From the NCBI GenBank assembly GCA_051313645.2, contig JBNRSN020000029.1:40920001-40984000 (forward strand): a stretch of 64,000 bases of DNA, read 5' to 3'. Origin of the DNA: Centroscyllium fabricii. Its lineage: Eukaryota. Below, one piece after another: positions 13,122 to 26,417 of the stretch. The notes below the pieces were generated by a model. The model had not been told where the DNA came from. It did not search any database and saw only the letters and a list, made by a program, of their open reading frames with translations. Numbering within the stretch: the stretch's first letter is position 1; each line of letters starts with the position of its first letter. Made by a program: the position numbers and the translations under genes.

Positions 13122-15290
13122 AGCATAGAAGCATAGCATAGAAGATAGGAGCAGGATTAGGCCAATCGGCTTCTCGAGTCTGCTCCGACATTTAATGAGA
13201 TCATGGCTGATGATTTTCATGTAGTACTCTGTCCATGCTTTGTTCCCATATCCCTTGATTACTTTAGCATTAGGAAATATACCTAACCCCTTCTTGAGAA
13301 TATTTAATTAATTGGCATTAGCTGGCTTCTGTGGTAGAGAATTCCAGAGGTTCACCATTCTCTGGTTGAAGAAATTCCTCCTCATCTCAGTGCTAATTGG
13401 CGTACCCCTTATGCTTAGCCTGCTACCCCTCGTTCTGGACTCTCCCGCCATCGGGAACATCCTTCCTGCCTAGTCTGTCTAGTCCTGTTAGAATTTTGGA
13501 AGTTTCAATGCGATCGCCTCTCATTCTTCTCAACTCAAGCGAATATAAGATTAATCGTCCCAATCTCTCTTCAAACTTCATGATCCCAGGTATCAGTCTT
13601 GTGAATCGTCGCTGCACTCCCTCTATTGCAAGAACATTTTTCCTCAGATAAGGCGACCAAAACTGCACACAACAATGGAAGTGTGGTCTCACCAAGGCCC
13701 CGTACAACTGCAGCAAGTCCTCCTTGCTCCTGTACACGAATCCTCACTTTGAAGGCATTACCGTCAGCAAATGGTGTGCAAGGACACCCAGTTCACGTTG
13801 CACTTCCCCGTCTCCCAAATTATTGCCGTTCTGATAATAATCTGCCTTCCTGTTTTTAACACCAAAGTGGAAAACCTCGCATTTATCCACATTATACTGC
13901 CATGCATCTGACTAATCACCCAACCTGTCGAAACCATGCTGGACTTTCGCTGCATCCTCCTCACAGCACGCACGCCCACCCAACTTTGTGTCATCCGAAA
14001 CTTTGAAATATTACATCTAGTCCCCTCGTCTCGATGATTAATATATATAGTGAAGAGCTGGGGTCCTCGCACCGATCCCTGCCGTACCACAGTAGTCACT
14101 GTCTGCCACTCGCAAAAACACCCATTTATTCCAACTCTTTGCTTCCTGTCTGCCAAACAGTTCTCTTTCCAAGTCAGTACATTACCTCTAATGCCAAGTG
14201 CTTTACATTTGGACCCTAATCTCTTATGCAGGATGTTATCGAAAGCTTTCTGAAAGTCCAAATACACCACACCCACTGGTTGTCCCTTATCTATTCTACC
14301 AGTCACATCCTCAAAAAATTCCAGTAGATTAATAAAGCTTTACCTTTTGTAAATCCATGTTGACTTTGTCCGATCCAGTCGCTGTTTTACAAGTGCTCTG
14401 CTTTTACATCTTTTATAATAGACTCTAGCATTTTACCTACTACCGATGTAAGGCTTACCGTCCATAATTCCCCGTTTTCTCTCTGGAGCCTTTTTTAAAT
14501 ATTGGGGTTACCTTACCTACCCTCCAATTCCAAGGGAACTGTTCCAAAATCTATAGACTTTTCGTAGATGACCAGCAATGCATTTACAATTTCTAGGGCC
14601 ACTTCCTTAATACCCTAAGATGTAGATTGTTAGGCCTTGGGGACTTATCGGCCTTCGATCCTGTCAATTTCCTTAACACCATTTCCCTACCAAAACTGAT
14701 TTCATTCAGTTCCTCCCTCTCATCAGACACTATGTTCCCCGACTACTCTGGGAATTTATTTTTGTGCTCCTGATGTGAAGACAGAAACAGAGTATGTATT
14801 TAATTGGCCAGCCATTTATTTGTTCCCCGTTATAAATATCCCTGATTCAAAATGCAAGTGCCCTACACTTGACTTCACAAATCTTTTTCTCTTTGCATAT
14901 CTATGCAAGCTTTTACAGTCGGTTCTTATGTTATCTGAAAGCTTACTCTCATACTCTATTTCCCCCCTCTTAATTAATCCCTTTGTCCTCCTTTGCTGAA
15001 TACTAAACTGCTCCCAGTCCTCAGGTTTGCTGCTTATTCTGGCCAATTTATATGTCCTCTCCTTGGTTCCTATAATATCTATAATTTCCCTTGTTAGCCA
15101 CGGTCTAGTCAGATTTTTTGTTTCGTTTTTATGCCAAACAGGGATGAAAACATTCTGTAGTTCATCCTTGCGATCGTTAAATCTTTGCCGTTGCCTATCC
15201 ACCGTCAACACTTTAAGTAACGTTGCCCAATCCATCCTAGCCAATTCGCGCCTCATACCATCATTGTTCACTTTATTTAAATTCAGGACT
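13122..15290 (-). mobile_element. Degenerate CR1 LINE (ORF2 + tail)
   Basis: YLDFQKAFD, QGSVRGPQLF and VQRRFTRLIPG fragments; tail at 13122-13165. Confidence 0.9.
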
Positions 15291-15699
15291 GGTGGACGAG
15301 GAGGAATTTCTTCCCTCACAGGGTCGTAAACCTGTGGAATTCTGTGCCACAGGAAGCTGTGGAGGCTGGGTCATTTAATACATTTAAGGTGGGGAAAGAC
15401 AGATTTTTGAGGAATCGGGGAGTGATGGGTTATTGGGAGCGGGCAGCGATATGCAGGTAAGCCCAAGATCAGATCAGCCATGATCTCATTGAATGGCGCA
15501 ACAGGCTCTATGGGCCAAATTACTTTACCAATCATATTCTTATGTTCTTATAAAATGTCTTGAGAAAGACTCACAGTTGACACCATTTGGAGCTTATTTC
15601 TGGATTGGTCATTTTGAAAGAAAGCAATGTGGAGCAAGCATTCAGAAGAAAGTCAGGTTAATCATTTGCATGTTTCTGCCGGAGCGAAGAGTTCTGTGA

Positions 15700-16380
15700 G
15701 GTACATCTTTGGGAGTTCAGGGACCGTAATTAGCGGCCCTCATAGAGATGTAGAATCGCCTGTAACGATTGCGCAAGTTCTGGGTATAGGAATGTGCTGC
15801 GCATGTGCTAAATCCTGGAACTTGCGATCTTCCGCATCCCCAGGAAAGGGGCATGCCAACTCCTGCCCAGCAAATATCCATGAGATTCTTACGCCTGGTA
15901 AGATATTTCATAACTGAAAAATTATTATTTAGCAATAATTTATACAATTATAAAATCGCCAAATAAGGTATGTTCATTTTAATCCCGTTAAAGCATGTAC
16001 ATTTATTTTTGAACAATTACATTTTTGTTTCAAATATTTAATTAAATGCCATGTTAAATATGTGATTTGTTTTATTTTTCTGATGTCGTGGTGTATGTTT
16101 TGGGGTGTTCCAATTCATACTTATGGGACTTCCGTACATATGAATTCCTGAAAGAATGAATTGGGATCCCATTAAGTCATTTTTTGTTCCTGGCCACATG
16201 ATCCCAGGGGCGCAAGCAAACCGCCTGTGTCCCTCGGATACATGGGCCACTGCACGCAGGTACCCAGAGAGGCTGAAGACTTTGAGTCTCCGTAACTCCC
16301 GGCCCACCATGAAGGCCCGCATTTTATTTGGCGGCTCAGTGGTATTTCACCGCTGGAAGCCTCCGACCACAAATTCAGTG
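15700..16380. mobile_element. Harbinger-like MITE, same family as 63014 and 36715
   Basis: Shared gcatgtgctaaatcctggaacttgc and attcttacgcctggtaag motifs, AT-rich centre. Confidence 0.65.
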
Positions 16381-16569
16381 ATGAAATGTTGGTTTCTGCG
16401 TGAAAGGCGGATGTCACGAGCACAGAAGGAGGTTTAATATCTTTTACATTTTGCTAAGATGCTGGGTGGCTTAGTTCCAGACTGAGCGGCAGTGGTTGCT
16501 TCAGCCACTATTTGACGTCTGATTGGAACTTGAGAACCGTGCTCGATTTTTCTTTCAGTGAATTTCGTT

Positions 16570-16875
16570 TTCAAACATATGCATTTCATTGCTGATTTAG
16601 TGCTGTGGGACTGCCACCGTGTTCAATCCCACATAGGGCCGTTATTTCCGATAGGAGGCTTCGTGCGTGCGGAGGCCACATATCGGGTACAAAATCTACG
16701 CCTTTTCCTGAGAGCACCCGAGCTCTGGACTCTTCCAACCCTGGGCATCTCCTGGTACGTACGCACAAAGACCCAGGTATCCCAGGGGCACAGGCAGTCC
16801 AAAGCGTCCCTGGGATGACATAGCGAGGCGAGCCAATCGGAGAACGGAATTCCCCTTCATACCTTTGTAAGGTAA
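16570..16875. mobile_element. MITE terminal fragment
   Basis: Inverted-orientation similarity to the right end of the preceding MITE. Confidence 0.5.
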
Positions 16876-16877
16876 AC

Positions 16878-19150
16878 CATAGAAACATAGAAACATAGAA
16901 GATAGGAGCAGGAGTAGGCCATTAGGCCCCTCGAGCCTGCTCCGCCTTTCAATGAGATCATGGCTGATCATCCAAACTCAGTACACTGTCCCTGCCTTCT
17001 CTCCATATCCCTTGATCCCCTTAGCCTTAAAAAATGTCTAACTACTTCTTCAATATATTTAATGAATTGGCCTCTACGGCCTTCTGTGGTGGAAAATGCC
17101 ACAGGTTCAACACTGGGTGAAGAAATGCCTCCTCATCTCTGTCCCAAATGGCTTAACCCTTATCCTTAGACTGTGACCCCTGGTTCTGGACTCCCCGGCC
17201 GTCGGGAACATACGTTCTGCGTCTAGTCTGTCGAGTCATGTTAGAATTTTATAAATTTCAATGACAGCCCCTCTCATTCTTCTAAACTCCAGCGAGTATA
17301 AGACCAATCGACCTAATCTCTCCTCATATGTCATTCCTGCCCAGGCATCCGCTTGGTGAATCTTCACTGCACTACTTCCATGGCAAGAACATCCTTCCTC
17401 AGATAAGGCGACCATATCTGCACACAATACTGAAGATGTGGTCTCACCAAGGCCCTGTAGAACTGCAGCAAGGCACCCTATTCCTGTACTGAAATCCTCT
17501 CGCTACGAAGGGCAACATAACATTTGCCTTCTTAAACGCCTGCTGCACCTGCATGTTAACCTTCAGCGATTGGTGCACAAGGGCACCCAGACCTCGTTGC
17601 ACTTCCCCTTCTCCCAATCTATTGCTATTCAGATAATAATTTGCCTTCCTGCTTTTGACACCAAAGTGGATAACCTCGCATTTATCCACGTTAGCTTGTT
17701 TCTGACATGCTTCTACCCAATCACCCACCCTGCCCAATACATACTGGAGTTGCTTAGCATCCTACCCACAGCACACACGCCCACCCAACTTTCTGTCGCA
17801 TGCAAACTTGGAGATATTACATCTAGTTCCCTCTTCAAAATCATTAATATGTATTGTGAATATCTGGGGTCCAAGGATCGATCCCTGTGGTACCAAACGA
17901 GTCATTTGCATGCCGCTCGGAAAAATATACTTTTATTCCAACTCTTTGCTTTCTGTCTGCTAACCAGTTCTCTATCCAAGTCAATACCTTTCCCCCAATC
18001 CCATCTGCTTTACAATTACACGATACTCTCTTATGTAGGACGTTACTGAATTCATTTGAAAGTCCAAATACACCACATCCACTGGGTGTCCCTTATCTAT
18101 TTAACAGTTGCATCTTCAAACAATTCCAGTACATTAGTCAAGCACTATTTACCCTTTGTAAATCCATGTTGACTTTGTGCGCGCCTGCTACTGTTTTCCA
18201 AATGCACTGCTACTACATCTTTTATAATGGACTCGAGCATTTTCCCCACTACCAATGTCAGGCTTAACGGTCTGTAATTACCCATTTTCTCTCTACTACC
18301 TTTTTGAAAAGTGGCTTAACATTAGCTACGCTCCAATCCATGGATACTGTTCCAGAGTATATCGCAATTTGGAAGATGACAAGCAATGCATCTACTATTT
18401 CCAGGGCTACCTCCTTAAGTACCCTAGGATGTAGCTGGGTAGGTGCTGGGCATTTATCGGCTTTCAATCCCGGCAATTTCATTAACACCATTTGCCTACA
18501 AATACTGATTTATTTCGTTGTTCCCTTTCATTCGATCCTATGTTCTCCAACCTCTTTGGGAGGTTAGTTGTATACTCCTTTGTGAAGACAGAACCAATGT
18601 ATGCAATTAATTGGCCCACCATTTATTTGTTTCTCATTATAAATTCCCCTGATTCTGATAGCAAGGGACCTACTCTTGATTTCGCCAATATTTTTCTCTT
18701 CACATATCTATAAAAGCATTTACAGTCAGTTTTTATGTTCTCTGCAAGCTGACTCTCATACTATGTTTCCCCCCTCTTAATTGATCCCTTTATTCTCCTT
18801 TGCTGAATCCAAACCTGCTCCCAATCCTCAGATTTACTGTTTTTTTTGGCCAATTTATACATCCTCTCCTTGGATCTTATGCTATCCCTAATTTCCCTTG
18901 TTAGACGGGTTAAGTCACCTTTAATGTTATATTTTAATGCCAAATTGGGATGAACAAACTCTGTTATTCATGCATGCGATATTTGAATATTTGCCATTGC
19001 CTACCCACCGTCAACCCTTTGAGTGACATTTCCCAATCAACCCTACCCAACTCGCACCTCATACCATCGTAGTTTCTTTTATTTAAACTCAGTGCCCTAG
19101 TCTCTGAGTCAATTACTTCTCTCCCCATCTTAATGAAGAATTCTGTTATA
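16878..19150 (-). mobile_element. Degenerate CR1 LINE
   Basis: catagaaac tail repeats; LHPRVLKEVALEIVDAL and KCEVIHFG fragments. Confidence 0.9.
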
Positions 19151-19152
19151 TT

Positions 19153-19916
19153 GGCCCAGAAGTTGCAGTGGAGCCTTCGTGCGGGTGCGGTACCTGCTTA
19201 ATGCATTTGAACTGCCCATATTCAGTTTTGCTTTTTGCACTCAGAAATTGCAGTTAGCCCAGCCTGTCAGAGCACCGTGCGAGTCTCATGGGCATCTGAA
19301 GTGCGTAATTAGTGTGAGATGGCTTTTGAGACCACCTGATTGGCAGCGAGCCAATCAGTGGAACCAATTCTCCGTTCAAAACTTCCACAGAGAAATCTGT
19401 GCGAGTTTTGAAAGGAGAGATTGCCCAAAAGACATCTAAAAACAAAAAGAAAATTTTACAAACACCACATTTTTTTAACAATACCCCAACTAACACAAAT
19501 AACCTATTTTAAAGAACAAAAAATTACAGAAACATTTTTCAACTTCCAACAGGTCTAAATAAATACTTACCTGTCTTTAAAGTTATCAACAATTAAAAAC
19601 CTGAAAAATGAACAATTAAAATCCATAAAATACACACTTACCATATAAAAGCGGCTACTTACGACTGCTTTTTCCCAGCATAGAAAATCCTGGTCTTGGT
19701 CCGTAGAAAAACTTAAAACAAATATCGGAATGACTCGACGCTCCCGTAGTTCGATGCTTCCTGCGCTGGACCTCGCAGAAACTCCAACCCCACCCCACCG
19801 CTGGGCAGCATAGGAAAACCTGAAGCTGCGCTACCGGCTGCTTCCTGCGGGTTTAAACTCTGGTGTGCTCGCACCAGAGCTTAAACTCGATATGCGTAGA
19901 CTTTAATTTCTGGCCC
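19153..19916. mobile_element. Harbinger-like MITE (~760 bp)
   Basis: Ends ggcccagaagtt / aatttctggccc with att/aat flanks; left part nearly identical to 41489-41850. Confidence 0.8.
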
Positions 19917-20067
19917 AATATGATTGCTCCGACCCACGGGGCCTTGCACAACAAGATTGCTAACTAATCCTTTCTCGTTACATAACCTGTCAACATTATG
20001 AATGGAGATCAGTGATTTAAGACACTTCAACATTAAGTGAATGTTTTAAATAAGTGAAAATTATATC

Positions 20068-21168
20068 GGACCAGAAATTCCGGTCAGTGGCTTCCTGCGG
20101 GTCAAGTCCCCGAATTGCACTTACCTAGCGTGCGTACCTCACAATAACGAGCTCCTGGGTTGGAATCCTGCTTGGCCCGGGACTTCTGTGTGTGGTGTTT
20201 GCATGTTCTCCCCGTGTTCATGTCGGTTTCATCCGGGTACTCCGGTTTCCTCCCACCGCGCAAAGAAATGCAGGTTAGGTGAATTGGAGGTACTAAAAAT
20301 TGCCCATGAGTATGTGTGTGAGATATAGTTCTTAGTGTTGTGGTTGTCAGGGTATATGGGAACAGGGTATGAGGGGGGTGCTGGGTTTGGATGATCATCC
20401 ATGATCTCATCAAAATGGCGGAGCAGGCTCGAAGGGCTGAATGTCCTACTCCCGCTCCTATCATCTGTGTTTCTGCGGCCTCTGTGCTGTGGGCCCACGT
20501 GGATTTCCGATCCTGGGCCTCCTCCAGCTGCTGGGGCGCAGTGCTTGTGTATCGCAATGGCGCAGTTAGTTTGCAGCGCCCCCTGGGATCACGTGGGCCA
20601 TGGAGTGCCAATCGTAGCAGGGAATCTCTATTCATAGATCTGACAGGAAGTCAAGTCAAATCTGAGAATAGAGATCGGCCCCAAAACCTAAGTATAAATT
20701 GAAATAAATTTGAAATAAAGCACTTATTAAAAATAGCTATAAATTACATAAAATAACTTTTTAAATCAAAAATTTAAATTTTTGAAAAAGTTAATTACAA
20801 TTTCGAACGGATCTAACATTAAACGTACCTATCTTTACATTATTGAGAAATAATAAAGCAACAGAAAAATGTATAAAATTTACTTAATTCACCACTTACC
20901 TTGTTAAGAGCAGGCCTTCTGACTGCTTTTGAAATGGGCAGGTGCTAGAGACTTACCCTCCTGGAGAAACCTGTAAAAAATAGGAAGTTCGAGGCGTACA
21001 CACTGCCTCTCTGGCGTCCGCGTTTGACCTGTGAACACATTCCTTCAAGGGAACTGAAGTTCCGGATTCCAGCACATGCGCAGTGTATGCACGAAACCTG
21101 CACTTTCGTTGTCCCTACACGGGAGTACCCAGCGTGTCCTCATCCGTGTGAACCCGAATTTTTGGCCC
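20068..21168. mobile_element. Harbinger-like MITE containing a SINE
   Basis: Ends ggaccagaaattccgg / ccgaatttttggccc. Confidence 0.75.
20130..20473 (+). mobile_element. V-SINE, second subfamily (same as 32815-33193)
   Basis: B-box-like gggttggaatcc, V-domain, tgtgtgtgagatatagttcttag variant segment, CR1-type tail. Confidence 0.85.
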
Positions 21169-23571
21169 ATTAAATTAATTGAATTAATATTCAAACAAAA
21201 TTGAATTAAAAAAATCAATTAAAGTGTTTATACGGGACTAAAGCTAAACTTGCGCTTTAGAAAAGTAACTTTATATTATAAATGTGTGAAAAAAAATATT
21301 TGTTTAACTTTTTCAAACTCTTAAGCTTGGAAAAGCAGGCCTTACGCAGCACAATCGGTTTAGAAATATTGTACTGGGGTAATCATTATTAAAAATCTAC
21401 AAAGCAGGCGACTTTCACCAGCAGAGAAAAATCAATTTACGATGCCTTTAAGAAATTAACTGCCATTTTACTTTATATTTACCAACTGTCTCCAGTTACC
21501 CCAGGTGCGTGGTCGCATTTCTGTTGCATTCGCTCCACAACAAAAACTCCACGAGATGTTCTCTAGAACAAGCTACTCATTGTTTTCCATTTCAGCTATG
21601 AAACGAACCAGCTTTATAATTGACATGAAATAGCAAAATAAAAAGCACAGTGATATCATAATACGTCCGGCACTAAGAATTGATTGTGATATTTGCAGTT
21701 AAGATGTTTTAACTTTGCTATACATATCGTGAATCCTTCCTACAACACCATTCTGTGAAACAAAATGATGGGGGTGAAATTGCACGTGGAGCGGAAGCAC
21801 AGGCGGCATTCTCTGACTTGCCAACTGTTGTAAGACACGCCGAATATTCACCCCGATTGGAAGCAGCAACTATTGTGAACACCTCTTTTCCCTTGGGATC
21901 CTCGGTTTCACCAGTAGTTTGATAGCAATGTATGCCCCATGAAGTATTTTAATAGACAGGGTAATTTAGCGAGTGGCTGCGTGTACACTATTGAAAGCAG
22001 AACTCCATAATAGCACCAAAATATTTCATATTACCAGTCTTGCTGCCAGCTTCACCCCCTGTAAGAGAAATATAAAAGCAATCCCTCTGAGGAAAAGTTT
22101 CAAATTAAGTCATTTCCAGCATTTTTTGTTTTAGATTCTTTCTTTGAAAATTCAGTTCTAATGGAAGCAGCGACTTTGGCGTGCAGCATTTTTTCATGGT
22201 TCTGGAGTGCGGCACTTTATGTTTTGAGGATTTGTCGTGTAGACTTTCCCCAGGCTTTCCGTTATAGGCAGTGACAAACATGCAGTACGCAGAGTAGGGG
22301 GATTGTTGACTGCTGACTGTGCAAGTGACCCCAGAATCAAGTGGGCCAGGCCAAACAATGAAAAAAGGGGATTACTTTTATGCTTATGAGGATGCCATTC
22401 AAGTAAGGAATCCGCATATGCTTAATAGAATTCCACCATTAAGCACAATTTCCGAAAACTGAAATGAGATACATGATCACAGCTTCAAATATAATTAAAA
22501 TACAATTTCTTTAAAAATGTAAAATAAAAAAATAATTTTTGAGAAATAAATTTAAACATTTTCAACTGAGTCAAAATAGACCTGAATTAGCTCTAAATGT
22601 AATTGATTGTTTAAAACATTTTAACCATCTTATTGTAACATTGATTTAAACCCTTAGGCTGGTAAAATGACGCCATATGATAAGTGCTTGGTGGGTACAA
22701 GTTGGGCAGTAATTGAGGAACTAGCCCAAATCTGCACGAGCAAAAGTGAATTTACAGCCGATGGGTATGATCTGCCAAGGTTCTCCGCCGCGGGTACTCT
22801 GAACTTGTGGGGAACATATGACGCTGAACGCTGTGCATACGCCGTCATAGGCCCCGGAAAATCCGAGCCAAATAGTGCAACGCGCCACCAAACAAGCCAT
22901 AGGAATACCAAACTGCAAACTGTTACTCAGTTTAGAACAGGTGTTGTACTGTGAGTCAACATAATTAAAGACCTACCAAGCAGACTAATGGTATCTGCAG
23001 AGCACAATCAAGATTCGATTGCATTCGGAAATTCGTTGCCTTATTACTTAATATTTATCCAATGCCTAAACCTATCCCATATGCAGGTATACATTTCCAC
23101 TGAACACTTTTGTTATTTATTTTCCATTTCAGCTATGAAATGGACCGGCATTATATTTGACCTGAAATAGAACAGCAACTAATACAAATATACCATAACA
23201 CGTCCGGCATTGATTATGATATTGGCAGCTAAAATGTATAAAACGTGCTGTACATAGCGTGCACCATTTGTGCTTCACCGTTCTGCAACACAACGTAGGG
23301 ATAGGCTGTTGGTGAAATTGGGCTTAGCAGGGAAGCAGACGCGGCATTATCAGTTTTGTCGACTGTTATTTGACACGCCGAATATTCCCTTCCATTGGAA
23401 GCAGCGAAGATGGTGAGCAGATTTCTTACTTGGGTTCCTGCAGTGCGCCAATAGAGTGACTGCAATGAAGGTCCCATGAAGTATTTTAATGTACTGAGTA
23501 ATTTAGCGATTGGCTGCGTGTGACTCTATTGAAAATAAAACCTCATAATAGCCCCTAAATATGTCACATTA

Positions 23572-23715
23572 CACAGTCCAAAGATGTGCGGGTTAGGTTG
23601 ATTGGCAATGATAAAATGGACCCTTAGTGTTAGGGGGACTGATTGTGTGTGGTTACGGGGATAAGGTGGGATATATGTCGATGCAGGCTCGATAGGGATG
23701 TGGGGAGAAGGCAGA
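23572..23715 (+). mobile_element. Internal HE1-type SINE fragment at the B/C unit junction
   Basis: acagtccaaagatgtgcgggttagg..ctcgatagggat. Confidence 0.85.
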
Positions 23716-24096
23716 AACAATACAAGCATATGCACTTCACTACGAATTGATTATGATATTTGCAGCACAAATGGAATAAATTTGGAATATATATTGTGCT
23801 TCATTTGTGCATCCCAAAGCTGCAACACACAGAGGTGGGAGGGGCGGGAGTGTGGTGGAGGTGAAATTGGCCTTGGCGGGGAAACAAACGAGACATTATT
23901 TCATTCGCCGACTGCTATATGATGCACCAAACTTTCAGTTCTATTGAAAGCAGCGAAAATGGTGAGCAGTTTTCTTATATCTATTTTGCAGTGCTCCAGT
24001 AGCGTGGCAGTAATTAATGTTTCACGAAGTATTTTGATTTACAGGGCAGTTTAGCGATCGGTTGCGTGTGGGTCAATTGAAATTAAAGCAGAATAT

Positions 24097-24859
24097 GGCC
24101 CAGAAATTCGGGTGCCAAAGCGTGAGTACACGCTGATTACTCATGCGTAGGCCAAAGAAAAGTACTTGTTTCGTGCATGATCTGCGCGTTCGCAGGAACC
24201 TGGAATTTCCATTCCCCTGAAAGAAGGGGTTCAGAGGGAAAACACGCGCATGTGAGGGGTGGTGCATGCGCATCGAAATTAGGGTTTTTTTCCATGCTTT
24301 TCCGGGCAGGTAAGTCTCCAGAAGTTAAACATGAAAAAAGCAGTCGTAAGGCCTGCTTTTAACAAGGTATGTGTTGAGTTAATTAAAATTAAAACATTTT
24401 ATCCACATGTTTATTATTTTTAAGTACTTTCAAGAAAGTTTGTTTTATTTTTAGGTCCGTTAGAAAATGTAATTCATTTTTTCCAAAATTTAAATTTTTC
24501 TTTAAAATAGTTATTTCATGAAATTTATAATTATTTAAAAATGTGATGTTCTTTTTAAAATGTGTTTGAAGTTTTAGGGATGTTTTGGGGTTTATAGTAT
24601 TTCGAGTTTTGACAGCACTCCCTGTCAATTTTCTGAATGGTCAATTCCATGTGACTATTGGCTCGCCATGTCCCCGTGATCCCAGGGGACGCCTCGAACT
24701 AACTGCGCCGCCAGGCTACGCAACAACTACGCTCCGGGAGTTGGAGGAAGTCAAGGATCGCAAACACATGCGGGCCCACAGCACAATGGCCGGCACGCTA
24801 GGTAAGTGCACGTCACAGGGTTGCAACCGTGGGAAGCCGCCGACCCGAATTTCTGGGCC
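24097..24859. mobile_element. Harbinger-like MITE with perfect 17-bp TIRs
   Basis: GGCCCAGAAATTCGGGT ... ACCCGAATTTCTGGGCC, inserted into tandem unit C. Confidence 0.9.
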
Positions 24860-26041
24860 AATAGCCCCAAAATATGTAATTTTCACATTCCTTGCTTCCA
24901 GCTCCCCCCCCCCCCACCCATCGGAAAAACAGAATAGGAATCGTGTTGAGAAAAAGTTTCAGTGGAAGCCAATTCCAGATATTTTTTAGATTTTTAACTT
25001 TACAAATTCAGTTCCATTGGAAGCAACGGCATTGGCGAAAAATTTCCTTATTTGTGGTTCTGGAGTACGCCAGCATTTCGGATTGAGATATCTCGATTAA
25101 ATTTTATAATTTAAAAAGCAATTTTGCGATTTGCCGCATATGGCTCAGTTAAAAAATACACACATAAAGTAGCATAATTGGGCGATGTTTCTGCTCTTGT
25201 TGCCGGTTTGGTACCCGAAAGATAAACAGTGCAGGAATCGTTTTGAGCAAACTACTTCACGACTATCCATCTCCATCATGTTTTTAGATGCTCTCTTTGA
25301 AAATGAGTAAATTGAAAAAAGCCGTCAGGTAAAATCATTTGAAACCTTTGGAAATCTCTGTCTTGGTGTAGGCTTTTGTGACGTAGCTGAGTAGCACTTG
25401 AAATGGCAACTTCTGAGCTGACGGTGGAAGCCACCAGTGCTGAAGGAGATGTAACACCTTTTGTCTGGTTGTTGCACAGAATTTTCCGAGACTCATTTTC
25501 ATTTTCAGGGGCAGATACTCAGTGGGCGGCTAATGGGAATGAGTGTACTGCGTTCGATTTTATTTCCATTGAAGTAAATCTGACAAACATATGCATGTCC
25601 TTGCTGATTTAGGACAGTGCGACTGCCACTCTCTTCAATACCACATCATATTAGCAAAGCACAAAAGCAGCCATTAAAAGAGATGGTCACCTGTATTTAG
25701 ACTTGCCGCAATGTACTTATTACTTGAAGTCAATGGAAAAACACATTGGATGGAATGCAAACCAGTTCCGATTCGCTATCGCCCACCTTGCAGTAGCAGA
25801 TAAGTCGAATTGTTACCCCAACTCTCTGCTTCTGAACTGGCAGAATAAGCTTCCGTCTGGCTATATTATGGAGGCCCGTAACACCACTTAAAATAGAGAT
25901 AGCTGTATGTATAACATGTATATTTGCACTGCATGGCCGTTAGGAATACAGATCTGTCAGCCGTCACTAAGTTTGGATGTGGGAGATCAGATTTATCTCT
26001 CCCTTCCATATGTGCGTTCTTTAAGTCAGCTTCTCTTTCGC

Positions 26042-26072
26042 CTGATGAAGGGGCAGACGCTCCGAAAGCTTA
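26042..26072 (+). ncRNA. Minimal hammerhead ribozyme motif in a Penelope terminal fragment (about 26030-26125)
   Basis: CTGATGA-A-GGGGC-AGAC-GCTCC-GAAA-GCTT: core, 5-bp helix II, palindromic AAGCTT; followed by aataaa. Confidence 0.7.
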
Positions 26073-26417
26073 TGATTTAAAATAAAACTGTTGGACTATA
26101 ATCTGGTGTTGTGTGACTTCTTATGTTTGGAAGAAGTATTGCACTAGGATTCAACATAATTAAAAAACTTAGAAAACAGTCTACGGTCACCGGATGAGCT
26201 CAATCAAGATTCGATTCCGTTCGAAATTATCTGCCATATTACCTAATACTTGCCAACTCTCTACAGATAATCCAGATGCAGGGAGTAATTTCCTTTGCAG
26301 AAACAAGAAATTTCTCCACAAGAAACATAACAAAAGATGCCCTCTGGAACAAGATACTTATTATTTTCCAATTCAGCTATGAAAAGCACCAACATTAGAA
26401 TTGATGTGAAACAGCAA

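Larger units (their letters stand above)
7535..15550 (+). mobile_element. Old CR1 ORF2 + 3' UTR split by nested insertions (pieces about 7535-8375, 12225-13121, 15292-15550)
   Basis: Collinear RT sequence resumes after each insertion; ends in a ttcttatgttcttat tail. Confidence 0.85.

Noticed and set aside
15575-15599. 25-nt exon-like segment with gtgagt donor
   Set aside because: Not a multiple of 3, with a moderate acceptor and no compensating partner seen
21596-21633. Plus-strand terminal exon AMKRTSFIIDMK / AMKWTGIIFDLK, or a miRNA/ISRE reading of the tandem core
   Set aside because: Differences between copies are mostly non-synonymous in this frame and the hairpin is too short; the minus-strand acceptor reading fits better
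22035-22058. 24-nt minus-strand exon-like segment (GEAGSKT) with a strong acceptor
   Set aside because: Coincides with the ttcaccccc terminus pairing with gggggtgaa at about 21770 (small MITE), and is degenerate in unit C
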